Shown one piece after another: positions 1 through 8,833 of a DNA stretch of 64,000 nt (the first letter of the stretch is position 1; each line of letters starts with the position of its first letter). Source of the DNA: Ostreococcus lucimarinus. Taxonomy: Eukaryota. The translations under genes and the position numbers were made by a program. The DNA lies in NCBI GenBank assembly GCA_000092065.1, contig CP000586.1. The stretch is one strand, 5' to 3'. A model generated the notes under the pieces. That model was given only the letters and a program-made list of their open reading frames with translations, did not search any database and had not been told where the DNA came from.

Positions 1-640
1 TCGACGAGCTTCGAGGGCACTAACCCATCTGATAACGCGTCTAAATGTTTGAGCATGATTCGCAACACCAGCGCTGGCTTCGGTCGCCGTCCTCGCGTGT
101 TCCCTACCGCGAGATACGTCTCCCCCTCGCTCACCGCCTTGTCGCTCAACGCGTCCGCCTCGCTCGCGCGCGTGAACAGCTCCGCCCCGAGCTCCATGCC
201 GCGATGCTTCAACGATCCCACGCACGCTTTCACCATTCGCAATCGCTCGCCGTCTCGAACCAACGCCGATTCCCTCGCGTCTAACATCTTTTCCCGAGTC
301 GGTTGGTTTCGGTTTCTCGCGCTCGCCATCGCCGGTGATTCCGAGTCGTCGCGTATCGTCGCGCGATCACGTCCGCGACGACGCGCGTCGTCGTCGTCGT
401 CGTGGTTGTCGCGCCATCGTCGTCGTCGTCGCGCGTCGTCGCGATTCGGTCGCGACGTCCGCGCGCGCGTCTCCCGTCTCCACCTCGCGCGGGCGCGGGT
501 TCGAGTTGTTCGAGTTCCCCTAGCGATTTCAGCGATTTCGCCCGCGAACCCGCGAACCCGCGCGCACCCGCGAGGCGGACGCCGCGAGGGTCGTTGGCGC
601 CCCGCCCGACAGGGCGCCGCGCGCGCGACCGAGCGCATCG

Positions 641-1700
641 ATGTTCTCGTCGTTCAGCATCACCGGTGCGGCGGCGGAGGTGTACGACGTCGAACTCGCG
701 TACGAAGACGCGCGTCGCGGGCGACGCGACGGCGAAAAGGCGTCGACGACGACGACGACGACCGAGGTGACGTTCGACTCCAAGGAGGATCCCGAGGAGG
801 TGATTGATAAACTCGTGAAACAGCGACGAGATCTGCCGTACGAGACGGGATACGAATGCGTCGTCATCCGAGCGCTTTGCTCGGCGTCGAAAGTCGCGAT
901 ACAGCTCGGGGTGGAGAAGTATCAACCGAGACCGGTGGCGTTGAAGGTGACTTCGAATGGAAAGATGAACGCGGGACAGTCGCACTCGAGCTTGGCGTCG
1001 GTGCTCAAGCACTGTCAGCTCGGCTCGCTGCGGAAGCTGAGCGTGCAAGATGGATTGTTGTCCACGGTTTTGTCTTTACGAGATAAATGGACCTCGGTTC
1101 GAGAGTTGGACATTTCGAACAACGCGTTGGAAACGCTGCCGAAAGAGCTGTTCGCGCGTTTCCCGTACCTGGAGGTTCTTCGTTTGGACGGGAATAAACT
1201 CGCGACTTTGCCCAACTTGAACGCGTTCACGCTTCTCAAAGAGTTGCATGCGAACGGCAACGCGTTGTCAACGCTGCCAATCGACATGGTGGAAGATTTG
1301 GATTTGGAAGTTTTGTCCGTCGAGTTCAACCGCTTGAGCAAGCTGCACGTCAAGTTGAAGGATTTGTCCAAACTGCGCGTGTTGCGGTTACTTGAGAATC
1401 CCATAGAGACGCTGCCCCGGTTGAATAAGACCGCCAATCAAGAGTGCTTATCGCTCGCAAACGTGAATGTTTCGAGGAATGGAGCAACAGGCGGTGTCTC
1501 CGTACAGGTTCGCGAAACGAGCTCGTCTTACTTTTCCAGCATAGTAGGCGGCAAGACAACGTCCAAGGAAAAAGCGTACAACGCTTTCCTGAGCTTGATC
1601 TTTCGTAGCAGTGAATGTCAAAACGCATTACTCGTCGCCGCCGTCGCGGTGATCGCGTCGAAGAGCCGAGAAAACTGCGAAGCCATAGTGCTGACCGAAG
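641..1700 (+). CDS. LRR-ARM-patatin-like phospholipase multidomain protein, exon 1 of 7 (N-terminal region plus leucine-rich repeats); whole gene 641-4583, about 1166 aa
   Basis: ATG at 641. LRR consensus repeats are visible (LDISNNALETLPKELF..LEVLRLDGNKLATLP..LKELHANGNALSTLP..LEVLSVEFNRLSKL..LRVLRLLENPIETLP). The frame ends at a donor CTGACCGAAG|gtgcgagc in phase 1. Confidence 0.7.
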
Positions 1701-1777
1701 GTGCGAGCGTTCGACCGCTTCTTCACTCTGGGGAAAATTTACATGTGAAACTGACCGTACGTCCGTCCGCACCACAG

Positions 1778-1932
1778 GAGCCGTGAATCATCTCATAAAT
1801 ATCGTCCATTCGTCGAATAAATCGCTGGTGTACGAGGCATCGCGCGCGTTGGCGCATATTTGCGGCGCACCGAACCTGGCGCGCGCGCTCAATGAAATGC
1901 ACGTCACGGAAGCAGTCGTTAATTTAATTCAG
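1778..1932 (+). CDS. LRR-ARM-patatin protein, exon 2 of 7 (armadillo-like repeat)
   Basis: Acceptor accacag|GA restores the frame (G+GA=Gly). It encodes AVNHLINIVHSSNKSLVYEASRALAHICGAPNLARALNEMHVTEAVVNLIQ and ends at donor CAG|gtgagtat. Confidence 0.65.
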
Positions 1933-2025
1933 GTGAGTATCCGAATTAATTCCGATATGAATAATTTCGTTCGAATTTCGCGTTAAAAGTTCATATACTA
2001 ATTTACTGACTCTATACGTGCATAG

Positions 2026-2103
2026 GACTCGAGCGAACTGCGAAATAGATGTGGATTGATTATTTTGAACGGTCTCGTCGGTTCTTCACACGACGTATCC
2101 CGG
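2026..2103 (+). CDS. LRR-ARM-patatin protein, exon 3 of 7
   Basis: Acceptor tgcatag| is followed by 26 codons (DSSELRNRCGLIILNGLVGSSHDVSR) and donor CGG|gtaagcgt. The intron carries a ttactgac branch-point-like motif. Confidence 0.6.
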
Positions 2104-2160
2104 GTAAGCGTGTTTCACATCGGTTGACGCAAGAATCTAACTGATCCTTTCGTAACGCAG

Positions 2161-2208
2161 GCATGTTATTCCGACAAATTAATCGGACGCTTGACAGAGT
2201 TCGTGGCG
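2161..2208 (+). CDS. LRR-ARM-patatin protein, exon 4 of 7
   Basis: Acceptor taacgcag| is followed by 16 codons (ACYSDKLIGRLTEFVA) and donor GCG|gtgcgtac. Without splicing, the read-through hits TGA. Confidence 0.55.
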
Positions 2209-2270
2209 GTGCGTACTTGCGTAAATAATTGCATCGTGAAAGTCTGAATTAATTAAATAATTTCCCTCAG

Positions 2271-2591
2271 GCGATTGATGAGCATATGCGGCTATTAGCG
2301 CTGAGAACTTTGGGTACTTTCGCTTTCGACGAAACTAATAAACGTGCGATGCTCAAACTGCGCGATCTCCACTCGATTCTCGTCGTATTCGCGCTCCGCC
2401 CGGAATTAAAGGCGGCGAGCGTTGCGGTGAAGAAGGAATCGATCCGAGTATTGGCTATTTTGGGCGAGAACGAGCTCGTGCGCCAGGCCACTGGTGCGCC
2501 TCCCATCACTGGTCGTGGTATACGCATTCTTGCGCTAGATGGTGGTGGTATACGCGGTAGAGCGACGTTGAAGATGTTGAAAAGAATTGAG
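2271..2591 (+). CDS. LRR-ARM-patatin protein, exon 5 of 7 (ARM repeat plus start of patatin domain with Gly-rich oxyanion motif DGGGIRG)
   Basis: Acceptor ttccctcag| precedes the ARM-like text LLALRTLGTFAFDETNKRAMLKL..IRVLAILGENELVRQ. This is followed by GRGIRILALDGGGIRGRATLKMLKRIE, the patatin GGGxRG motif. Donor is GAG|gtgaggaa. Confidence 0.7.
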
Positions 2592-2658
2592 GTGAGGAAT
2601 TATTTCATTTATTTATTTAGAGCTTGAATTCACGAATTTTTTGTTTCGTCGCGATCAG

Positions 2659-2727
2659 GAAGGAACTGGTCGTCCGATTCACGAATCATTCGATTTGGTG
2701 TGCGGAACGTCTACTGGTGGCATATTG
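2659..2727 (+). CDS. LRR-ARM-patatin protein, exon 6 of 7 (patatin nucleophile elbow GTSTG)
   Basis: Acceptor gcgatcag| precedes EGTGRPIHESFDLVCGTSTGGIL, which contains the GxSxG serine-hydrolase motif of patatin/PNPLA enzymes. Donor is TTG|gtacgaaa. Confidence 0.7.
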
Positions 2728-2813
2728 GTACGAAAACGCCCGTCTAGAGCGCACGAATTAATTATTTCGCCGTGAACAATTATTTTTTACTAACCAACAC
2801 ATTTTGCTCGTAG

Positions 2814-4583
2814 GCCACGGCGACGTCCATCAAAAAGCTCTCATTGGAGCACTGCGATAAGATTTATGTAAATCTTGGCAGCAAAATCTTCAGTCAAACA
2901 ACGCACAACGAAGAGACCTCTGGATCGAACTCTTGGCTCGGCAGTGTTGGTTCCATGTACACGAGTGGAAAGCAACAACTTCTCGCGACGACGCTCTATA
3001 GCAGCAAGCACAACACCTCGACCTTTGAAACCCTCGTTAGACAAGAGTGCAACCCTGAAGCAGAAGAGCCAACGTGGATAGACACCGCTGCGTCGGGCGG
3101 TCCGAAAGTTTTCTGCGTTTCTACCCAAACGAGTCAAAATCCGGCGCAGCCGTACTTGTTCAGAAATTACACGTATCCGGCTGGCAGTACGAGTGCGTAT
3201 TCCCAGGCAGGTAGTTGCGAATATCTATTGTGGCAGGGTGTCTGTGCATCCGCCGCTGCACCATACTACTTGTATGTTGACGCCTTTGCGATAGAAAACG
3301 AGCGCTGGGTTGATGGAGCCATGACTTGCAACAATCCGGCGATGATGGGTGTCCAGGAAGCTCGACGACTTTGGCCAGACAAGAAAATTGACTGTGTCGT
3401 GTCCCTCGGAAGTGGTAACTTCATCCCCCACGAGAGAGATCCACCCATTTCTCTCGTCGCTTTGGCCAAAGATGTCTTGTTTGACAGCGCTTGCGACACT
3501 GAACGCGTTCATGAAAGCTTGAGTACGCTTTTGCCACTCATACCCGGGGCGCAATATTTCAGGTTCAACCCGGTTGACGAGCGTTGCAAGATAGAAGTCG
3601 ATGAAACGGATGTTGGTGCACTCCAAGGCTTATTTGACGCTACTGAAGAGTACATTGTGGCAGAGAAGGAGATGTTCGACAAGGTATGCCATTTATTGAG
3701 AGACGTCGACGACACAGATGAGGTCACCGCCAAACTTCTCGACACGGAAATTAGCGGAACGCGCAGTGGTGTTCTAGTTTTGGAAGCGCCCCGTTACGAA
3801 GAGGAACTTTCTGAATGTACTTCTGCCTTGAAGAATTTTTGTGCTTTAAGATCGATATCGATACAGTGCGCAGATTACTCCGCCAATAGACCCATGAATC
3901 CGGGCGAAGCACTGAGCCATCTGAACACGGTGGCGGAGACGTCGACTGCAGCAGTGATTCATTTCAACTGCCACGCCGATTCTGACGGATTGATTCTCAC
4001 TTGGCAGAAAGATGTCACTGCTATTGCTGAGCCTAGCTCGGTCGCTGAACTATTTCTCAGTAGGTCTGGTAGCCCGTATGCGTCAGTCAGCGAACACTGT
4101 GAAGCTGAGGCCCACATTGAGGTGCATGGAATATTGCATACTTTCTCAGGCAAGCACGTGCAAGTGAACGATGTCGGCGAGCGCACGTCGTCATACTTGT
4201 TTAAGCGTACTGTCCCAATGGACTACCTGGACGGATCGACGAGTCGAGAGTTATTTGGTTTATGGCGTGGGAAGATCATCGTTTCTCAAAGTTCACTTCC
4301 ATCCTCACTCGTTGCGGCGTGGCTTGAAGCCGGGGCGAAATGTGTGGTCGCACCGTGCAAGGAAGGCGGCGTCGTTAACGTTGAAAGCGAACAGACAGAC
4401 TTTATGGCTGCATTCTATCACGCACTTTTTGTTGTGGGCGCGGATGCTACTGCGGCGATGAGCGCAGCTGCCATCGTGCAGCCGGCGTGCTCGTATTACC
4501 GTTGTCACGTTCTTGTTCAAGGTGGAATCGTGGCACTTCGTCCTGACGAAGAGTTTGACTATGATTTGGATGCGCACGTATAG
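2814..4583 (+). CDS. LRR-ARM-patatin protein, exon 7 of 7 (rest of patatin domain with catalytic Asp motif DGA, plus roughly 400-aa C-terminal region of unknown function)
   Basis: Acceptor ttgctcgtag| is followed by a long ORF containing ..LWQGVCASAAAPYYLYVDAFAIENERWVDGAMTCNNPAMMG.. (patatin DGA/G catalytic dyad Asp). The stop TAG is at 4581-4583. Confidence 0.75.
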   Translation, partial: ATATSIKKLSLEHCDKIYVNLGSKIFSQTTHNEETSGSNSWLGSVGSMYTSGKQQLLATTLYSSKHNTSTFETLVRQECNPEAEEPTWIDTAASGGPKVFCVSTQTSQNPAQPYLFRNYTYPAGSTSAYSQAGSCEYLLWQGVCASAAAPYYLYVDAFAIENERWVDGAMTCNNPAMMGVQEARRLWPDKKIDCVVSLGSGNFIPHERDPPISLVALAKDVLFDSACDTERVHESLSTLLPLIPGAQYFRFNPVDERCKIEVDETDVGALQGLFDATEEYIVAEKEMFDKVCHLLRDVDDTDEVTAKLLDTEISGTRSGVLVLEAPRYEEELSECTSALKNFCALRSISIQCADYSANRPMNPGEALSHLNTVAETSTAAVIHFNCHADSDGLILTWQKDVTAIAEPSSVAELFLSRSGSPYASVSEHCEAEAHIEVHGILHTFSGKHVQVNDVGERTSSYLFKRTVPMDYLDGSTSRELFGLWRGKIIVSQSSLPSSLVAAWLEAGAKCVVAPCKEGGVVNVESEQTDFMAAFYHALFVVGADATAAMSAAAIVQPACSYYRCHVLVQGGIVALRPDEEFDYDLDAHV

Positions 4584-4616
4584 AAATACTAGACAATAGT
4601 TTTAAAAACTTATAGA

Positions 4617-7331
4617 CTATTCTACTTCGATGTCCCCCAAACTTTCAGCGTACTTTTTCAACTCCTTCTCATTGATGACTTCGACGGACTCGACCCAACC
4701 AACGTACTGAAGAATACTGTAAGTCAACACCTTACCGGCATCTTGGATGATCGCCCAGATGATGACGTAAAGCCAACAATATCCGGACAGCTGCCAGGAA
4801 ATTCCTACCATGCCGTTTCCGAAAGGCCAGTACACCGCTAAAAGAGTCGACGCTCCAGTGGCGATGATGAAGGCGCCGACCAAGATGACACTTGGAGCGC
4901 GCGACCAGAACCAGCCCTTGGTTCTCGAGTTAAATACTGAGAAGTAATCAGAAAGACTGATTTTCAAGTAAATAAGCGTCTGGATCTCTCCGTATGACAT
5001 CGCTGGGAGACCAAGTTGAGACCAAGTGCTCGTTGGATCAACCGATGATAACGCTGAGCTCAGCAGAAGTACGGATGATGCCAAGGCTGTCAAGCCTATA
5101 GCGGAAGATACGATGTACAGGATATTCAAATCCCATTTTTCTGGTTGCATGGAAGCGTGCACGTTATCGTACGCCACAGAAATAATGGTTCCATCGTTCA
5201 ATATCGTAATCGTAACAAGTGCGATGACCGGAATAGCAAAGTGCTGCGGCCAAGACTCATTGAACTGACTAGGATGATAGAATATACACGAGATGAAGAA
5301 AAAGAACAACAACTGCTCTGTACACGCCACCCGATAAATCACAAAGTTTTTCATTCTTTGGAAGATTTTGCGGCTCGTGACAATCGCCGTAACGATGGTG
5401 GACAGACCGGGTTCGGTGAGAACAATATCAGCCGCAGCTTGCGCCGCGCTCGTAGCACCTTGTACAGCAATTCCGACATCCGCCCGCTTTAACGCAGGCG
5501 CATCATTCACACCGTCTCCAGTCATGCCGACGAGCATCCCTTGCTGTCGCAAAGCTTCTACAATCAGATATTTGTGCTCTGGGAATACTTGTGCGAATCC
5601 GTCCGCCTTTCGACACAGTTCACCATAATCTCGTCCTAGCGTGGTCGCCTTCTCTAGTTCCTCCGCTTTCATGAGAGGAAGTTTTTCAGTGCCAAGCACG
5701 TTTGTGCCCATACCCAACGTTCTGCAAGTTTCAACCGCAATGGCGCGGTGATCACCGGTGATCATTTTCACACTGACACCAAATTCGTTGGCGCAGTCAA
5801 TGGTATGCTTTGTGTCCGGGCGAGGAGGATCCAAAAAGGTCAAAATACCCAAAAATTCGAACTCGTTGCTATTGTTCTTTGTTTTCGCCACCGCGAGCGA
5901 ACGAATACCGCGATGAGCTAACTCGAGAACGTGCTTCTCGACCTCTTGACCGATCGTGGACTTGTTTGCACTCAACTCTAAAACCACGTGCGGGGCACCT
6001 TTCGTCACCTTGAACACGTTACCGTTCTTCTCCTTGATCGTGCTTTCTGTGCGCTTGATGGCTGGATCAAACGGAGTGTGATCGGTCTGTTCGTAATCGT
6101 TCAATGCGCTGATGTTAACAGCGTTTAATACCAAAGTATCGAGGGCGTCCTTTGGCGGCTCCCACCATTTCGCCGCCAACGCCGCGAGTTTGAGGACTTC
6201 TTCACGCGAAACACCCGGAACAAAGATTGGTAAATCCTTCTGAAGAACCATCTTGTTCAGAGTGAGCGTTCCTGTCTTGTCTGAGCACAAGATTGTCATA
6301 CCCGCCAACTCTTCAACAGAAGAAAGCCGCGCTACGATGGCCTTCTCCGCCGCAAGTTCATGACAACCTAAAGCCAACGTCGTCGTACAAACCACTCGCA
6401 AAGCGATAGGAATAGATGCAACAAGAAGGACTACGTTGAACGCTAAGACCTCCCAGAAATCAACCCCGATAGAAAGTAAATAAATGAACACCAGAGTACA
6501 GATGAAGAAACCGACAGCGACCAAGATGTATGTAATCTCTCTGAGTACTTTTTCAAAGTGCCCGAGCTCATCGACTCCTTGAACTAAGTCCGCGGTTTTC
6601 CCAAAGAACGTCTGGCTACCCGTCGCTGTGACGGTAGCTTCGATTTCTCCGCGCGTCACGGTGGAACCCATTTTTGCTTCCGCACCTGGAAACATTGCGA
6701 CCGGCAACGATTCCCCCGTGAGCGCGGATTGATCCACTTGAATAGGTTTTCCATCTCTAATCGTGCAATCCGCCGGGATCGCACCCCCCGCGCCGAGGAC
6801 GACGATGTCCCCGGGTACTAACTTTGTGGCGTTGATGATGTACACGCGTCCTTCGCGTTTCACCGTCGCCTCCGGTTTCAGCGACTCTCTCAACGCCGCG
6901 ATGGCGTCACCGGCCTTCATTTCCTCTATAAACCCCACGAGCACGTTCAACAATTGCAGCACCACCAACACGATGACGTCCACGAGACCATCCATGGACT
7001 GATGAATGTACGTCTCGATGGATTCGATGAGGATGGCTGCCCAGATCATCATCGGCATCGGTTGTACGAACTCCAACGCGAGTTTCAACCACATGCTATC
7101 CTCCTTCACCTTGAGCTGATTAGGTCCGAATAACTCCAACCTACGCGCCGCCTCGTCCTCGTTCAAACCGCTCTCGCCGGTGTTGAGCAAACTCTCGCGC
7201 TCGACGCCCATGTAGAAGCGCGCGTCGTCCGTCGTCTCCGTCCCATACGCCGCGCTGTCCTCCTTTCCTCGCCCGAGAAGCGGTGTCGAGCGAAGATCAG
7301 CGTCTTCATCTTCGCCTCCGCCGCGCGACAT
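4617..7331 (-). CDS. Plasma-membrane-type P-type H+-ATPase (P3A ATPase)
   Basis: The ORF carries the phosphorylation motif CSDKTGTLTLNKM and the hinge motif GDGVNDAPALKRADVGIAV. The N-terminal ..EDEAARRLELFGPNQLKVKEDSMW matches PMA/AHA proton pumps, and about 10 TM segments are present. The ORF track opens at a TTG at 7433; the first ATG (MSRGGGEDED) is at 7331. Confidence 0.9.
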   Translation of the reverse strand: MSRGGGEDEDADLRSTPLLGRGKEDSAAYGTETTDDARFYMGVERESLLNTGESGLNEDEAARRLELFGPNQLKVKEDSMWLKLALEFVQPMPMMIWAAILIESIETYIHQSMDGLVDVIVLVVLQLLNVLVGFIEEMKAGDAIAALRESLKPEATVKREGRVYIINATKLVPGDIVVLGAGGAIPADCTIRDGKPIQVDQSALTGESLPVAMFPGAEAKMGSTVTRGEIEATVTATGSQTFFGKTADLVQGVDELGHFEKVLREITYILVAVGFFICTLVFIYLLSIGVDFWEVLAFNVVLLVASIPIALRVVCTTTLALGCHELAAEKAIVARLSSVEELAGMTILCSDKTGTLTLNKMVLQKDLPIFVPGVSREEVLKLAALAAKWWEPPKDALDTLVLNAVNISALNDYEQTDHTPFDPAIKRTESTIKEKNGNVFKVTKGAPHVVLELSANKSTIGQEVEKHVLELAHRGIRSLAVAKTKNNSNEFEFLGILTFLDPPRPDTKHTIDCANEFGVSVKMITGDHRAIAVETCRTLGMGTNVLGTEKLPLMKAEELEKATTLGRDYGELCRKADGFAQVFPEHKYLIVEALRQQGMLVGMTGDGVNDAPALKRADVGIAVQGATSAAQAAADIVLTEPGLSTIVTAIVTSRKIFQRMKNFVIYRVACTEQLLFFFFISCIFYHPSQFNESWPQHFAIPVIALVTITILNDGTIISVAYDNVHASMQPEKWDLNILYIVSSAIGLTALASSVLLLSSALSSVDPTSTWSQLGLPAMSYGEIQTLIYLKISLSDYFSVFNSRTKGWFWSRAPSVILVGAFIIATGASTLLAVYWPFGNGMVGISWQLSGYCWLYVIIWAIIQDAGKVLTYSILQYVGWVESVEVINEKELKKYAESLGDIEVE

Positions 7332-7570
7332 CGTCGCGTCGTCGCCGATCGACGCGCGACGCCCTCGCCTTCGGCGCCCTAGAATGGGGTGTTGGCGCTC
7401 GCGTCGGGCGTCGTCGATGTTAGCTTTATTCAACTTTATTAGTCATCGCAACGCGTCGAATACGCGTTTATCGATTTATCGCGCGCGGCGACGGTGCGTC
7501 TTTCAACACTAAAGGCGAGCGAGCGGCGCGCGGCGAGCCGCAGACGCGCGCGCGCGACGTCGAGCGCGGC

Positions 7571-8659
7571 ATGAGCGCGGACGTCGAGCGCATCGGATTG
7601 GTGCGCGGCGAACGGGTGCGGCGAACGGACGCGGAAAACCACGGATGGCGCGCGACCAAGCTCGCGTTGGGCGCGATCGCCGTCCTCGCGGCGGTGTGCG
7701 TCGGCGTTGGAGGACGCCGTGGACGCGCGATCGGGGCCGCGTTCGGGGGACTGGCGCGCTTGGGAGTGGGGGCGGATAGCGCGGATAGCGCGGAAAGCTG
7801 GACGCACGAGGACTGGCGCGTGGTGAGCTTCGTGGACGCAGAGTACGAGGACATTGGCAAGCGCTGGTATCACCGGTTGTCAAACTTGGGGTACAAAACG
7901 CATTATCTCGTGGCTTTGGACGATGAGGTGTACGACAAACTAGAAAAGGCAAAGCTCAGGGTGTTGCGCGCGCCCGGCTTTACGTTAGAAAAGGGAGGGG
8001 ATCTGTCTGACTTTTGGCGGTTCCGGTTGACGTACTTGGCGGATGAAATCAAACGCGGGCACAACGTGCTGTTGTCGGATGTGGATGTCATATTCGCGCA
8101 TCACTACGATCCTGTCGTGATTTTCAACAAAGCTGGAGACGAGGAAGTAGATATTTATCACTCACTTGGCGCTGGTTGGCCGCATTCGGCAAAGAAGCAG
8201 TGGGGATTCTCCATCTGCATGGGCTTTTCAGCCTTCAGAGCGACTCGCGCAACTGAGCAAATTCTGGAAGCCGCGGTGAAGGTCTGCGACCACGAAGCAC
8301 ACTGTGACGACCAGGTGGTGATGAATGAACTGTACATGAAATATCTCCAAATGTCTTGGACGACGAATTTAGCGCACGGCGAGCGTAAGGGCATATCTCG
8401 CAATACGATGATTCCGCTCGTCGTTAAGACGTTGTCGAATCTCGTCCCTAGAATTGATCTTAAGGATATGACTCCTATCAAGCCGTCGTCCAAGAATGTG
8501 CAGTGCTTCGGGCACACCCATCATGTCGATGGTGGTCACTGGGCCGTGGCGCCGATCATCGAAAAAGACGGTAGAGCCAAGGTTGACGTGTGGGACCAGT
8601 TGCACGACGAATGTTTCCCGGCAACGATTAGCGCTCTAGGCGCGCAGTGGACGCATTGA
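7571..8659 (+). CDS. Type-II membrane nucleotide-diphospho-sugar transferase family protein (Nucleotid_trans / GT77-like glycosyltransferase)
   Basis: An N-terminal signal anchor (LALGAIAVLAAVCVGVGG) is present. A DxD-like motif LLSDVDVIFAHHYDP and downstream ..GFSICMGFSAFRAT..VVMNELYMK resemble the PF03407 family. Confidence 0.5.
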   Translation: MSADVERIGLVRGERVRRTDAENHGWRATKLALGAIAVLAAVCVGVGGRRGRAIGAAFGGLARLGVGADSADSAESWTHEDWRVVSFVDAEYEDIGKRWYHRLSNLGYKTHYLVALDDEVYDKLEKAKLRVLRAPGFTLEKGGDLSDFWRFRLTYLADEIKRGHNVLLSDVDVIFAHHYDPVVIFNKAGDEEVDIYHSLGAGWPHSAKKQWGFSICMGFSAFRATRATEQILEAAVKVCDHEAHCDDQVVMNELYMKYLQMSWTTNLAHGERKGISRNTMIPLVVKTLSNLVPRIDLKDMTPIKPSSKNVQCFGHTHHVDGGHWAVAPIIEKDGRAKVDVWDQLHDECFPATISALGAQWTH

Positions 8660-8690
8660 TGATGCGTATAGTAATTGAATCGTCATTGGC

Positions 8691-8695
8691 TGTAA
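8691..8695 (+). terminator. TGTAA poly(A)-signal-like motif, about 30 nt downstream of the glycosyltransferase stop
   Basis: ..cattggcTGTAAtcaag.. follows the TGA at 8657-8659. Confidence 0.35.
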
Positions 8696-8833
8696 TCAAG
8701 TAAGTAGACATCGCATACTTTGAAACAATGCGCGCGCGAACGCCGTGGTCGATTTCGTACGTCGCGTGAAAGACAGCTCAGGGCAGAAGACGTCACTCGA
8801 CGACGGATCTCGCGCGCGTAAATTGACAGTCGC

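Noticed and set aside
49-807. 252-aa plus-strand ORF and overlapping 255-aa minus-strand ORF (281-1048) at the window start
   Set aside because: The translations are Arg/Ala/Ser-rich low complexity typical of alternative frames in GC-rich DNA. There are no recognisable motifs. They overlap the well-supported start of the LRR-ARM-patatin gene at 641.
2286-2627. 113-aa ORF as an independent small gene, and likewise 1615-1986, 32633-33016, 56906-57391
   Set aside because: Each is an internal exon, or exon plus flanking intron read-through, of a larger spliced gene: the patatin gene, RPS11 or RAE1. The conserved text continues across GT..AG junctions into neighbouring ORFs.
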